Below are positions 49,175 through 64,000 of a DNA stretch of 64,000 nucleotides, piece after piece. Position 1 is the first letter of the stretch. Each line of letters begins with the position of its first letter. The stretch spans positions 9,548,001 through 9,612,000 of the forward strand of contig NC_043026.1 in NCBI RefSeq assembly GCF_006345805.1, read 5' to 3'. Source of the DNA: Octopus sinensis. Lineage: Eukaryota. A program made the translations under genes and the position numbers. Under the pieces are notes generated by a model. The model did no database searches. It saw only the letters and a list, made by a program, of their open reading frames with translations, and was not told the DNA's origin.

Positions 49175-51799
49175 CATATGTACACATGCATATATGTATA
49201 TACACATATGCACAAACCATCATATTACCATATCTTCATGCAGTCCATCACCATACAGTCCATCACCATGATCTCAACCTGCTAGAAATAGCAGCCAAAT
49301 CTGCCTACACTCACACCTTGCAGTTTTTAAGTAACAGAAGGACCAGCAGTAATGTGCTCCAAAAAACATTGGAGTGTCGTGGCTGGGTTGTCTCTAACCA
49401 TGGTTTTGCTCATTAGAGTTTGACGTGGATCATAACAACAACTAGCACCACACATGAAACATCACATTGCTATACACCACTTCCATATTGCTACCATACC
49501 ATCGACTTAACTATTGCCCTTTGCTTACCGTTATTGCTCCGGAAATACCACTGCAATGGTATTTTGCTCACCTCAACAGCATAAACCACATATTGTTAGC
49601 AATAGAGGTAGACACCCAAAACCTTTGCCCACCCATTCTTTTTCTCTGCCTCTAATGGTTTTACCATTCGTATAACTTACCCAAAGTTGGCTTGGTAACT
49701 ATACCATGGTAACTATACCATCACCTTCAGAGTTACCAGCTCTGTTTAAAAAGATCTACCCCCAGTTAGGAGATACACTATCTCCATGGGATACTATCAT
49801 CTTTAATTTACCCACAGGTAGTAATTTCTTCTGTTGGTTTTTAAAATCCTTGTTAAATTTAACCACAAGTTCATAACTTTCTACTGGTTACCATCAATTT
49901 TTTTTTTTAACCCAGAATCTCTTTTTATAATTACCTCAACTGGTAAATAAAAGCTATTTTATTTTATCCACTTTTTATAACTTTCTACTGGTTACCACCA
50001 ATTTTTTTTACCAGAATCTCTTGGTAATTACCACAGCTGATAAATGAAACCCACTGATTTATAACTTTCTGCTGGTTACCATCAATTTTTTTTACCAGAA
50101 TCTCTTGGTAATTACCACAGCTGATAAATGAAACCCACTGATTTATAACTTTTTGCTGGTTACCACCAATTTTTTTTACCAGAATCTCTTGGTAATTACC
50201 ACAGCTGATAAATGAAACCCACTGATATATAACTTTTTGCTGGTTACCACCAAACTCTTTCTTTTTTTACCTACATTCTCTTGCTAATTATTTCAGCTGG
50301 TTAAAAAAAAAAACAAGACAATTTTACCCATAACTATTTCTGCTGGTTACCATAAATTTTTATTATTTACCCAGAACCCCTTGGTAATTGCTCCAGTTGG
50401 TAAAAGAAAAAAAACACTTTATTCTACCCACATGTTTGTAACTGTTTCTGCTGGTTACCATTAATTTTTTTTGTTCCCCACAATTCATTGGTAATTACCT
50501 CACCTGGTAAATGAAAGCCACTTTATTTTAACCACAGGTTCATAACTGTCTCTACTGATTACCATCGAAGCTTTTTTCTTTCCCCATAACCTCTTTGTAA
50601 CTACCTTCACTGGTAAAAGGGGGGGAACGTTTTAACCACAGGTTCATAGCTGTTTCCCCTGGTTACCATCAAAAAATTTTTAACATTTCACCTCAGTCTC
50701 TTGGTATTTGCTTCAGCTGGTAATAAACCCAATTTATTTTACTCACTGGTTAATAACTGTTTCTGCTGGTTATCATCAAAGTTTCTTTTTTATTTACCCA
50801 CAATGTCTTGGTAATTGCTTCAGCTGGTAAATAAACCCACTTTATTTTACCCATAACTGTTTCTGCCAGTTACCATCAATTTTTTTTTATTTACCCAGAA
50901 TCTCTTGGTAATTGCTTCAGGTGTTAAAATAAAACAACTTTATTTTTCCCACAAATTCATAACTGTTTCTGCTAAGTACCATAAAAGTTGTTTTTTTTTA
51001 ATTTGTCCACAATCGCTTGATAATTACTCCAGCTGGTAAAAAAAGAAACCCGACTGAATTTTACCTACAGGTTCATAGCTGTTTCTGCTGGTTACCATCA
51101 ATTCTTTTTTATTTACCTACAATCTCTTGGTAATTACTTCAGCTGGTAAAAAAACAACTTTATTTTACCCACAGGTTCATAGCTGTTTCTGCTGGTTACC
51201 ATCAATTCTTTATTTACCTACAATCTCTTGGTAATTACTTCAGCTGGTAAAAAAAAAACCCACTTTCTTTTACCTTCAGATTTATAACTATCTCTGCCTG
51301 TTACCATCAAGGTTTTTTGTATATTTACCCACAGGTTCATAATTGTTTCTGCTGGTTACCATCAGAGTTTTTATTTTTATTTTTACCAGGTGGTAAAAAG
51401 AAAACACTATTTTTACCCATACATTCATAACTGCCTCTGCTGCTTACCATCACTTTCTCATTTTACTCCCAATCAGTTGGTAATTACCTCAGCTTGCTAG
51501 AAACCACTGTTACAGGTAAATTGACCCACTGCCTCAACTGATTACCATCATATTTTTCAGTTACCCACCCTCTGTTGGTAACTACATCATCTGGTTTAAC
51601 CTAAATTATTTATCAACTTCTTTCTTAATTACTCCTGTCGGTTACCTCTGTGGCCAATATACCCACAATCAGTAATTGCCACAGCTGATTAAAAACTATT
51701 TATTTTGCCCACACGGTTAATTAGTGTCTAATTATCCATCACATTTTTATCATTTATCCACAATCAATTGTCAGTTGCCTCAAATGGTTAAAAATCTAT

Positions 51800-53960
51800 C
51801 ACTATTTTACCCACAGGTTCATAACAGCTTCTACTGCTTTTCTCATTTACCCACAGTCAGTTGATAATTGCCTCAGATTCCTAGAAACCACAATTTAATT
51901 TACCCATGGGTTCATAACAGCCTCTACTGCTTTTCTCAATTACCCACAATCAGTTGATAATTGCCACAGATTCCTAGAAACCACAATTTAATTTACCCAC
52001 AGGTTCATAACAGCCTCTACTGCTTTTCTCATTTACCCACAATCAGTTGATAATTGCCTCAGATTCCTAGAAACCACAATTTAATTTACCCACAGGTTCA
52101 TAACAGCCTCTACTGCTTTTCTCATTAACCCACAATCAGTTGATAATTGCCTCAGATTCCTAGAAACCACAATTTAATTTACCCACAGGTTCATAACAGC
52201 CTCTACTGCTTTTCTCATTTACCCACAATCAGTTGATAATTGCCCCAGATTCCTAGAAACCACAATTTTTTAATTACCCACAGGTTCATAACAGCCTCTA
52301 CTGCTTTTCTCATTTACCCACAATCAGTGCTAATTGCCTCAGATCCTAGAACACCACAAGTTAATTTACCCACAGGTTCATAACAGCCTCTACTGCTTTT
52401 CTCATTTACCCACAATTAGTTGATAATTGCCTCAGATTCCTAGAAACCACAATTTAATTTACCCACAGGTTCATAACAGCCTCTACTGCTTTTCTCATTT
52501 ACCCACAATCAGTTGATAATTGCCTCAGATTCCTAGAAACCACAATTTAATTTACCCACAGGTTCATAACAGCCTCTACTGCTTTTCTCATTTACCCACA
52601 ATCAGTTGATAATTGCCTCAGATTCCTAGAAACCACAGTTTAATTTACCCACAGGTTCATAACAGCCTCTACTGCTTTTCTCATTTACCCACAATCAGTT
52701 GATAATTGCCTCAGATTCCTAGAAACCACAATTTAATTTACCCACAGGTTATAACAGCCTCTATTTTTTCATTTACCCACAATCAGTTGATAATTGCCCC
52801 AGATCCTAGAAACCACAATTTAAATTACCCACAGGTTCATAACAGCTCTACTGCTTTTCTATTTACCACAATCAGTGTTGATAATTGCCTCAGATTCCTA
52901 GAACCACATTTAATTTACCACAGGTTCATAACAGCCTCTACTGGCTTTCTCATTTACCCACAATTAGTTGATAATTGCCTCAGATTCCTAGAAACCACAA
53001 TTTAATTTACCCACAGGTTCATAAAAGCCTCTACTGCTTTTCTCATTTACCCACAATCAGTTGATAATTGCCTCAGATTCCTAGAAACCACAATTTAATT
53101 TACCAAGGTTCATAACAGCCTCTACTGCTTTTCTCATTTACCACAATCAGTTGATAATTGCCTCAGATTCCTAGAAACCACAGTTTAATTTACCCACAGG
53201 TTCATAACAGCCTCTACTGCTTTTCTCATTTACCCAAAATCAGTTGATAATTGCCTCAGATCCTAGAAACCACAGTTTAATTTACCCACAGGTTCATAAC
53301 AGCCTCTACTGCTTTTCTCATACCCACAATCAGTTGATAATTGCCTCAGATTCCTAGAAACCACAATTTAATTTACCCACAGGTCATAACAGCCTTACTG
53401 CTTTTTCATTTACCCACATCATCGTGATAATTGCCTCAGATTCCTAGAAACCACAATTTAATTTACCACCGGTTCATAAAAGCCTCTACTGCTTTTCTCA
53501 TTTACCCACAATCAGTTGATAATTGCCTCAGATTCCTAGAAACCACAATTTAATTTACCCACAGGTTCATAACAGCCTCTACTGCTTTTCTCATTTACCC
53601 ACAATCAGTTGATAATTGCCACAGATTCCTAGAAACCACAATTTAATTTACCCACAGGTTCATAACAGCCTCTACTGCTTTTCTCATTTACCCACAATCA
53701 GTTGATAATTGCCCCAGATTCCTAGAAACCACAATTTAATTTACCCACAGGTTCATAACAGCCTCTACTGCTTTTCTCATTTACCCACAATTAGTTGATA
53801 ATTGCCTCAGATTCCTAGAAACCACAATTTAATTTACCCACAGGTTCATAACAGCCTCTACTGCTTTTCTCATTTACCCACAATTAGTTGATAATTGCCT
53901 CAGATTCCTAGAAACCACAATTTAATTTACCTATGGGTTCATAACTGCCTCTGCTCAAAA
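51800..53960. repeat. 93-bp tandem satellite, about 23 copies, preceded by diverged monomers from about 49700
   Basis: ggttcataac at 52561, 52654 and onward. The monomer contains ttacccaca twice. Confidence 0.95.
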
Positions 53961-54233
53961 ACATAACATTTTTCATTTATCTGCAATCAATTGATAATTG
54001 CCTCAGCTTCCTAGAAACATCATCATCTCATCGTCGTATAATGTCTGCTTTCTATGCTGGCATGGGTTGGATGGTTTGACTGGGGACCGGTGACCCAAAA
54101 AGCTGCACCAGCCCTTATTGATAATGTTTGCATTACTGAGCTGCTTATAAAACAAAATTTGAATATATATATTTATATATATCTTCAAATATCTGTTGTT
54201 AAATACTTGTAGTTGCTGTGTGTGTATGCATGA

Positions 54234-54282
<49 letters not shown>

Positions 54283-56499
54283 AATTATATACACTCACAC
54301 ACACAAACACACACGTATACATACACATAGATATATACATATATAAAATATATATACATGTACATATGCATATCCTCACATATATACTTACACATATACA
54401 CACACATATATATATACAAATATTCATACACACATGTATATACATACATGCATACACACATGTATATACATACATATATACGCATTCACAAACACATATA
54501 TTCACACATATATAAAGATTCAAGTATATACACGCACATGCATATGTATACACACATACGCCTATATATACATACACTCACAGACATATATATATACACA
54601 CACACATACAGATATATATATATATATACACACACACATACAGATATATATATACACACACACATACAGACATATATATATATATATACACACACATACA
54701 GATATATATATATACACACACACATACAGACATATATATATACACACACACATACAGACATATATATATACACACACACACACAGACATATATATATACA
54801 CACACACATACAGACATATATATATACACACACACATACAGATATATATATATATATATACACACACACATACATATATATATATATACACACACACATA
54901 CAGACATATATATATACGCACACACACATACAGACATATATATATACACACACACATACAGACATATATATATACACACACACACACAGACATATATATA
55001 TATACACACACACAGACATATATATATACATACACACATACAGATATATATATATACACACACACATACAGATATATATATATATATACACACACACATA
55101 CAGACATATATATATACACACACACACAGATATATATATACACACACACACATACAGACATATATATATACACACACACACATACAGACATATATATATA
55201 TATATATATATACAATCAAACATTTATTTTTAGATGTATATCTGCAAGATACACACATTCTTGACATATTTGCCCACTTTTGATTTGTAAACTCATTCTA
55301 GTGGCCACCACTGCTGACATTACATGCCCACCCTTAGCTAAAACCAACCCCATTGCTATTACTGCTGACAAATGTATCTACTGATTGCAGAGGAATTTAT
55401 ATGTATAACAATTCAATGAAATCCAAAGACCCAGTTTTCAGCAAGGCAAGAGCAGTAGTGTTAGCAACAATAATAATAATAATAATAATCTTTTCTATCC
55501 CAGGCACAGGGCCCTTAATTTTGTGGGAGGGAGTCAGTCGGTTCGATTGACCCCAGTATGCAACTGGTACTTAATTTATGGAGCCTGAAAGGAGAAAAGG
55601 CAAAGTTGACCAATAATAATAATTTCAAATTATTGGCTCGAGGTCAGACACTTTTGAGGGGAGGGGATCAATCAATGTCACTTATCTCAATAGTCGGCTG
55701 GTACTTGATTTTATCAACCTTGAAAGGATAAAAAAAAAAAAAGGGAAAGACGACTTTGGTGGGATTTGAACTCAGAACGCTAAGAAGCCTGAAGCATTTA
55801 ATTTCAAGGCTTTACCACGTCTGCCAGTTCACCTCCCAGTGTTGTAATATTAATTACAATTCCTATATGCTGCCCTGTCATGAGACATTTTGTGTGTGTG
55901 TATATATATATATATATATACACAAATGTATATTAATAAATACATATACACATAGACATGTGTGTGTGTATATATATATATATAAATGCACAAATGTGAT
56001 ACATATATATGCACAAGTGCCGTGTACACACACACACACACACACATCAATACAGACTTATATATATATACACACACATACATTCACAGAAATGTATATT
56101 AATACATGCATATATATTATACACCTAGACACACGCGAGTGTGTATAAATATACATATGCACAAATGCCATACACACACATATATATATATATGCACAAG
56201 TGTTGTGTATACACATACACACACACATATATACACACCACACTATATATGTATATATGTATTCACATAAGTGCATATTAATATATGCATATATATTATA
56301 CACCTAGACACATGTGTGTATCTATATAAATGCACAAATACAATACATATATATATATATATATACACATCCATACAAACTTGTGCTAATGCATATATAT
56401 ATATACATACACACACATCCATATAAACTTGTGTTAATGCATATATATATATACATACACATACACACACATCTATATAAACTTGTGTTAATGCATATG

Positions 56500-56530
<31 letters not shown>

Positions 56531-57616
56531 CACACTATATATGTCCCCAACACATACACATATACATCGACTGATTTGTGGAACGTCATTTTCTGTTTCA
56601 TCTTATTCAATAAACTAATTATTTTTTAATTATACTGCTGTGAAAATATATAATTATATATGAAATAAAAATATGTATTATAAAATATATATGTAGTCAT
56701 TTTATTTCTTTTTTCTTCCTACTGCCCACAGGGGGCTAAACAGAGGGAACAAACAAGGACAGACAAAGGGATTAAGTCGATTACATCGACACCAGTTGGA
56801 AACTGGTACTTTATTTATCGACCCTGAAAAGATGAAAGGCAAAGTCGACCTCGGCGGAATTTGAACTCAGAACGTAACAGCGACAGACGAAATACCTATT
56901 TTTTTACTACCTACAAGGGGCTAAACACAGAGGGGACAAACGGATTAAGTCGATTACATCGACCCCAGAGCGAAACTGGTACTTTATTTATCGACCCCAA
57001 AAGGATGAAAGGCAAAGTCGACCTCGGTGGAATTTGAACTCAGAACGTAACAGCGACAGACGAAATACCTATTTCTTTACTACCCACAAGGGGCTAAACA
57101 TAGAGAGGACAAACAAGGACAGACAAAGGGATTAAGTCGATTACATCGACTCCAGTGCGTAACTGGTACTTTATTTATCGACCCCGAAAGGATGAAAGGC
57201 AAAGTCAACCTCGGCGGAATTTGAACTCAGAACGTAACGACACACAAAATACGGCTACGCATTTCGCCCGGCGTGCTAACGATTCTGCCAGCTCGCCGTC
57301 ATTTTATTTCTGTTATACACCTGCTGTTATCCATACTGGCATGGGTTGGATGAGAACTGTTGAGCTGGCAAACCGTGGTAGAATGTCTCTCCCTGAGGCA
57401 AACCTCTGCACACAAGAACTGGTAATTTTAATTTCATCGACCCCGGGAGGATGGTAAGTCGAGTTGACTTTGGTAGGATCTGAAACTGCAATGTAAAGAT
57501 ATGTGTCGTGGAAGGATTCCAACCCTCACCCCCCCCCCCCATGTGACTAAAAGTGGACTTAAACATTGCAGCAGGCGCAGGAGTGGCTGTGTGGTAAGTA
57601 GCTTGCTAACCAACCA

Positions 57617-60600
57617 CAGAATTTTCTGTGCAAGAAAGCCAAGAGAAAAAGATGTTTTATAAACACATTCTACCAGTATACGAAGGTTAAAATTTTTTAG
57701 TTACCTAGAAATTATGTTAAAAACTGCCGCTCAAAGCGAAAAGATCCATATCTTACAAACTCTAGAATTTTCTCAATAAAGCCAAGAGGAAAAGATGTTT
57801 TATGTAACACATTCTACCAGTATACGAAGTTTAACATTTTTTAGTTACCTAGAAATTATGTTAAAAACTGCCGCTCAAAGCGAAAAGATCCATATCTTAC
57901 AAACCATATAATTTTCTCAATAAAGCCAGAGGAAAAAGATGTTTTATGTAACACATTCTACCAGTATACGAAGTTTAAAACTTTTTAGTTACCTAGAAAT
58001 TATGTTAAAAACTGCCGCTCAAAGCGAAAAAAGATCCATATCTTACAAACCATATAATTTTCTCAATAAAGCCAAGAGGAAAAGATGTTTTATGTAACAC
58101 ATTCTACCAGTATACGAAGGTTAACATTTTTTAGTTACCTAGAAATTATGTTAAAAACTGCCGCTCAAAGCGAAAAGATCCATATCTTACAAACCATATA
58201 ATTTTCTCAATAAAGCCAAGAGGAAAGATGTTTTATGTAACACATTCTACCAGTATACGAAGTTTAACATTTTTTAGTTACCTAGAAATTATGTTAAAAA
58301 CTGCCGCTCAAAGCGAAAAGATCCATATCTTACAAACATATAATTTTCTCAATAAAGCCAAGAGGAAAAGATGTTTTATGTAACACATTCTACCAGTATA
58401 CGCAGTTTAACATTTTTTAGTTACCTAGAATTATGTTAAAAACTGCCGCTCAAAGCGAAAAGATCCATATCTTACAAACCATATAATTTTCTCAATAAAG
58501 CCAAGAGGAAAAGATGTTTTATGTAACACCAATTCTACCAGTATACGAAGTTTAACATTTTTAGTTACCTAGAAATTATGTTAAAACTGCCGTTCAAAGC
58601 AAAAGCGAAAAGATCCATATCTACAAACTCTAGAATTTTCTCAATAAAGCCAAGAGGAAAAGATGTTTTATGTAACACATTCTACCAGTAATACGAAGTT
58701 TAACATTTTTTAGTTACCTAGAAATTATGTTAAAAACTGCCGTTCAAAGCGAAAAGATCCATATCTTACAACCATATAATTTTCTCAATAAAGCCAAGAG
58801 GAAAAGATGTTTTATGTAACACATTCTACCAGTATACGAAGTTTAACATTTTTTAGTTATCTAGAAATTATGTTAAAAACTGCCGTTCAAAGCGAAAAGA
58901 TCCATATCTTACAAACTCTAGAATTTTCTCAAAAAGCCAAAGGAAAAGATGTTTTATGTAACACATTCTACCAGTATACGAAGTTTAACATTTTTTATTT
59001 ATCTAGAAATTATGTTAAAAACTGCCGTTCAAGCGAAAAGATCCATATCTTACAAACTCTAGAATTTTCTCAATAAAGCCAAGAGGAAAGATGTTTTATG
59101 TAACCATTCTCCAGTATACGAATTTTAACATTTTTTAGTTATCTAGAAATTATGTTAAAAACTGCCGTTCAAAGCGAAAAGATCCATATCTTACAAACTC
59201 TAGAATTTTCTCAATAAAGCCAAGAGGAAAAGATGTTTTATGTAACACATTCTACCAATATACGAAGTTTAACATTTTTTAGTTACCTAGAAATTATGTT
59301 AAAAACTGCCGTTCAAAGCGAAAAGATCCATATCTTACAAACTCTAGAATTTTCTCAATAAAGCCAAGAGGAAAAGATGTTTTATGTAACACATTCTACC
59401 AGTATACGAAGTTTAACATTTTTTAGTTACCTAGAAATTATGTTAAAAACTGCCGTTCAAAGCGAAAAGATCCATATCTTACAAACTCTAGAATTTTCTC
59501 AATAAAGCCAAGAGAAAAGATGTTTTATGTACACATTCTACCAGTATACGAAGTTTAAAACTTTTTAGTTACCTAGAAATTATGTTAAAAACTGCCGCTC
59601 AAAGCGAAAAGATCCTATCTTACAAACCATAGAATTTTCTCAATAAAGCCAAGAGAAAAAGATGTTTTATGTAACACATTCTACCAGTATACGAAGTTTA
59701 AAACTTTTTAGTTACCTAGAAATTATGTTAAAAACTGCCGCTCAAAGCGAAAAGATCCATATCTTACAAACCATATAATTTTCTCAATAAAGCCAAGAGG
59801 AAAAGATGTTTTATGTAACACATTCTACCAGTATACGAAGTTTAACATTTTTTAGTTACCTAGAAATTATGTTAAAAACTGCCGCTCAAAGCGAAAAGAT
59901 CCATATCTTACAAACCATATAATTTTCTCAATAAAGCCAAGAGGAAAAGATGTTTTATGTAACACATTCTACCAGTATACGAAGTTTAACATTTTTTAGT
60001 TACCTAGAAATTATGTTAAAAACTGCCGCTCAAAGCGAAAAGATCCATATCTTACAAACCATATAATTTTCTCAATAAAGCCAAGAGGAAAAGATGTTTT
60101 ATTAACACATTCTACCTATACGAAGTTTAACATTTTTTAGTTACCTAGAAATTATGTTAAAAACTGCCGTTCAAAGCGAAAAGATCCATATCTTACAAAC
60201 TCTAGAATTTTCTCAATAAAGCCAAGAGGAAAAGATGTTTTATGTAACACATTCTACCAGTATACGAAGTTTAACATTTTTTAGTTACCTAGAAATTAGT
60301 TTACAAACTGCCGTTCAAAGCGAAAAGATCCATATCTTACAAACCATATAATTTTCTCAATAAAGCCAAGAGAAAAAGATGTTTTATGTAACACATTCTA
60401 CCAGTATACGAAGTTTAACATTTTTAGTTATCTAGAAATTATGTTAAAAACTGCCGTTCAAAGCGAAAAGATCCATATCTTACAAACTCTAGATTTTCTC
60501 AATAAAGCCAAGAGGAAAAGATGTTTTATGTAACACATTCTACCAGTATACGAAGTTTAACATTTTTTAGTTATCTAGAAATTATGTTAAAAACTGCCGT

Positions 60601-61190
60601 TCAAAGCGAAAAGATCCTATCTTACAAACTCTAGAATTTTCTCAATAAGCCAAGAGGAAAAGATGTTTTATGTAACACATTCTACCAGTACGAAGTTTAA
60701 CATTTTTTAGTTATCTAGAAATTATGTTAAAAACTGCCGTTCAAAGCGAAAAGATCCATATCTTACAAACTCTAGAATTTTCTCAATAAAGACAAGAAGA
60801 GAAAAAGATGTTTTATGTAACACATTCTCCAATATACGAAGTTTAACATTTTTTAGTTACCTAGAAATTATGTTAAAAACTGCCGTTCAAAGCGAAAAGA
60901 TCCATATCTTACAAACTCTAGAATTTTCTCAATAAAGCCAAGAGGAAAAATGTTTTATGTAACACATTCTACCAGTATCGAAGTTTACATTTTTTAGTTA
61001 CCTAGAAATATGTGATAAAAACTGCCGTTCAAAGCGAAAAGATCCATATCTTACAAACTCTAGAATTTTCTCAATAAAGCCAAGAGAAAAAGATGTTTTA
61101 TGTAACACATTCTACCAGTATACGAAGTTTAAAATTTTTTAGTTACCTAGAAATTATGTTAAAAACTGCCGTTCAAACCGAAAAGATCCC
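57617..61190. repeat. 144-bp tandem satellite, about 25 copies
   Basis: caagagg at 59221, 59365 and onward. Related single copies at 18990-19135, 36060-36200(-) and 61305-61440. Confidence 0.96.
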
Positions 61191-61449
61191 CAATCTGTTT
61201 CTTAAACGAGGGACATATTCATACGGCACAGAATATTTTTTTACCTCAATAGACGTGAGTGATTGGTTGAAATTGCCGAAATGCAAGAAATTAAAGACGA
61301 AATATCTTACAAACTACAGAATTTTCTCAATAAAGCCAAGAGGAAAAGATGTTTTATGTAACACATTCTACCAGTATACGAAGTTTAAAAGTGTTTAGTT
61401 ACAAAGAAATTATTTTAAAAATCTGCCGGTCAAAGCGAAATTTCGTTGA

Positions 61450-61876
61450 CACCTCGGTTATATAATTATAATAATATAATAATATATAATGAAATTATTG
61501 TATACAGTGCTCAGGTGCACCACAACTTGTCAGAAAGTGCGTATAAAGTATATGCAGTAATGTACAAATGTCTGGAAAGCGAACAGTGTATGAGTCAGAT
61601 ACATGCTTGTGTGTGTATGGAGGGGAGAAAATCAGGTGTAGTGTTGGCGAATCTCAGGAAGCATGGAAGTTTTGAAGGATGCAGTGCTCCGACAACTAAC
61701 AACTGATGCCGGCAGTTTGTTCTATGCTTCAGCAACTCTCAGCGTGAAAAAATGTTTCCGAAAGTCATGGGAGCTGTGCTGTTTTCTGACTTTGTAAATA
61801 TGTCCACGGGTGTTAGACGGGTGGAGTTTGAAGAGGTGCTCAGAGTTATTGTTTGTAAGATGGTTGATAATTTTAT
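61450..61876 (-). mobile_element. CR1-clade LINE 3' fragment with (ATTAT)-like tail
   Basis: Minus translation NTRGHIYKVRKQ...RKHFFTLRVAEA*NKLPASVV...FK. Confidence 0.85.
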
Positions 61877-62683
61877 TTCAGAAAATAACCAATAAACAAA
61901 TGGATTTATTGATAAAACCTAAACAGAATCACGTTGGATTATTTGTACAAAAAATTTCAACAAAAACCTGCAGATCAGTATTAAATTGCTTTAATATTAT
62001 AACGAAAATAAAACAAAACACAAACAGTAGATAAAAAAAAAGATAGCAAATAAGGGAAGTAACTCCGAACGTTTGCTAATATTTGACGATTGTCTGTCCT
62101 TGTATAAAGGCAAATGGGGGGAGGGGGGCGAAATAATTTTTTAAAAAGTTTTGAAGTAAAATAGGTTATTTATTTGCAGTTTGAAACAGTTTATTAAAAT
62201 ATAACAACGAGAGAAAGAAAATAAAATACGAAAAAATTTAAAAAATTAAAAAAAAAATCTTTGCTTCTTGTGCGTGTGGTGTATGAAGGACGTGAGTTGA
62301 TGTGTGTGTGTGTATATTTCAGTGGTGGAGGCGCAATGGCCCAGTGGTTAGGGCAGCGGACTCGCGGTCATAGGATCGCGGTTTCGATTCCCAGACCGGG
62401 CGTTGTGAGTGTTTATTGAGCGAAAACACCTAAAAGCTCCACGAGGCTCCGGCAGGGGATGGTGGTGATCCCTGCTGTACTCTTTCACCACAACTTTCTC
62501 TCTCACTCTTACTTCCTGTTTCTGCTGTACCTGTATTTCAAGGATCAACCGGAACCCTCATCGTCGTAACCGACGGAGTGCTTCCATATTTCAGTGGCCC
62601 AGTAGGTAAAGGTGTTTAGAAGTAGTAATGTAATACAAGAGTGGAAGTTTCAAATCTCTGCCAAGGAACTTTTAGTAAAGAAA

Positions 62684-62714
<31 letters not shown>

Positions 62715-62933
62715 TCGGGGTGAGTACTTGATAATTATAAGTACCTGTGTATACCGTTTGGTGGTGTAGGTGGTGGAGTAAATTGATCAAAATAAAAACA
62801 TGATGCCAAGGATTCAGCGGTACATATGTTGTGCGCGGCTGAAGAAGGCCACAGACATACATTATGCATTGTTATAAATCTGTCTAATAAAGGCCCGAAA
62901 CATATATATATAATATATATATATAAATACATA

Positions 62934-63819
62934 CAGGGAGGACCAAAATGATCTGACACATTTGGAGGCTTAATAAAAGCAATAAGAAATAATGAAAAGA
63001 AAAATTTTATTTTCTGAATGTACATATGATGCCATTTTATTTCATTAAGTTTTAAAAATTAAATCAGCTAAATGCCTCCCATCATTGTCAGCACACTGTT
63101 GGAGACGATCGTGAAAGTTATCGATAACTCTATGGATCATTTCTTCTGGAATGGTTGCTATTTCTACACAAATTACACATTTTATTCATCGATAGATCGA
63201 AGGCGATGACCGAATACTTTTGATTTTAAATATCCCCACAAGTAAAAATCACATTTCACCATTCCAGAAGAAGTGATCCAAAGAGTTATCGATAACTCTA
63301 TGGATCATTTCTTCTGGAATGGTTGCTATTTCTACACAAATTACACATTTTATTCATCGATAGATCGAAGGCGATGACCGAATACTTTTGATTTTAAATA
63401 TCCCCTCAAGAAGAAATCACATTTCACCATTCCAGAAGAAGTGATCCAAAGAGTTATCGATAACTCTATGGATCATTTCTTCTGGAATGGTTGCTATTTC
63501 TACACAAATTACACATTTTATTCATCGATAGATCGAAGGCGATGACCGAATACTTTTGATTTTAAATATCCCCTCAAGAAGAAATCACATTTCACCATTC
63601 CAGAAGAAGTGATCCATAGAGTTATCGATAACTTTCACGATCGTCTCCAACAGTGTGCTGACAATGATGGGAGGCATTTAGCTGATTTAATTTTTAAAAC
63701 TTAATGAAATAAAATGGCATTATATGTACATTCAGAAAATAAAATTTTTCTTTTCATTATTTCTTATTTTGAGCTTTTATTAAGCCCCCAAATGTGTCAG
63801 ATCGTTTTGGTCCACCCTG
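62934..63819. mobile_element. Tc1/mariner-derived foldback MITE with 3 x 168-bp internal repeats
   Basis: TA|CAGGG(A/T)GGACCAAAA...TTTTGGTCCACCCTG|TA with arms of about 210 bp. A single truncated arm lies at 6484-6580. Confidence 0.88.
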
Positions 63820-64000
63820 TATATAAACGGATACGCATACACATAAGTGTATGAACTCTAACAGATGCGAATATGTGCATACTAAATTTCATATATATAT
63901 GGAAGCACTCCGTCGGTTACGACGATGAGGGTTCCGGTTGATCCGAATCAACGGAACAGCCTGCTCGTGAAATTAACGTGTAAGTGGCCGAGTACTCCAC

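Overview
AT-rich, repeat-dominated eukaryotic DNA. The SINE families and microsatellite load suggest a coleoid cephalopod, most likely Octopus; this is an inference from recalled repeat families, not a database match. Two divergently transcribed spliced genes could be reconstructed by hand with canonical GT-AG sites and consistent phases. (1) IFT172 on the minus strand: coding exons 1-9 between 24720 and 4350, continuing beyond the left edge, with an RFX X-box-like motif about 195 bp upstream of the ATG. (2) A complete 4-exon, 181-aa four-TM MARVEL-like gene on the plus strand (30635..40894). The rest is satellites (111, 64, 126, ~306, 93 and 144 bp units), tRNA-headed SINE families (some in tandem arrays), CR1, RTE and L1/Tx1-like LINE 3' ends, a TG..CA solo LTR, Helitrons, and hAT, piggyBac and Tc1/mariner-type MITEs. 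The most interesting signals are a tRNA-headed, Penelope-like element with two minimal type I hammerhead ribozymes in inverted arms (about 36380-36765) and several further hammerhead relics from other families. The IFT172 introns also carry local inverted or templated duplications, including a composite hAT unit that captured 404 bp from 9 kb away and a duplicated decoy splice acceptor. Nearly all ORFs in the supplied track are microsatellite artefacts.
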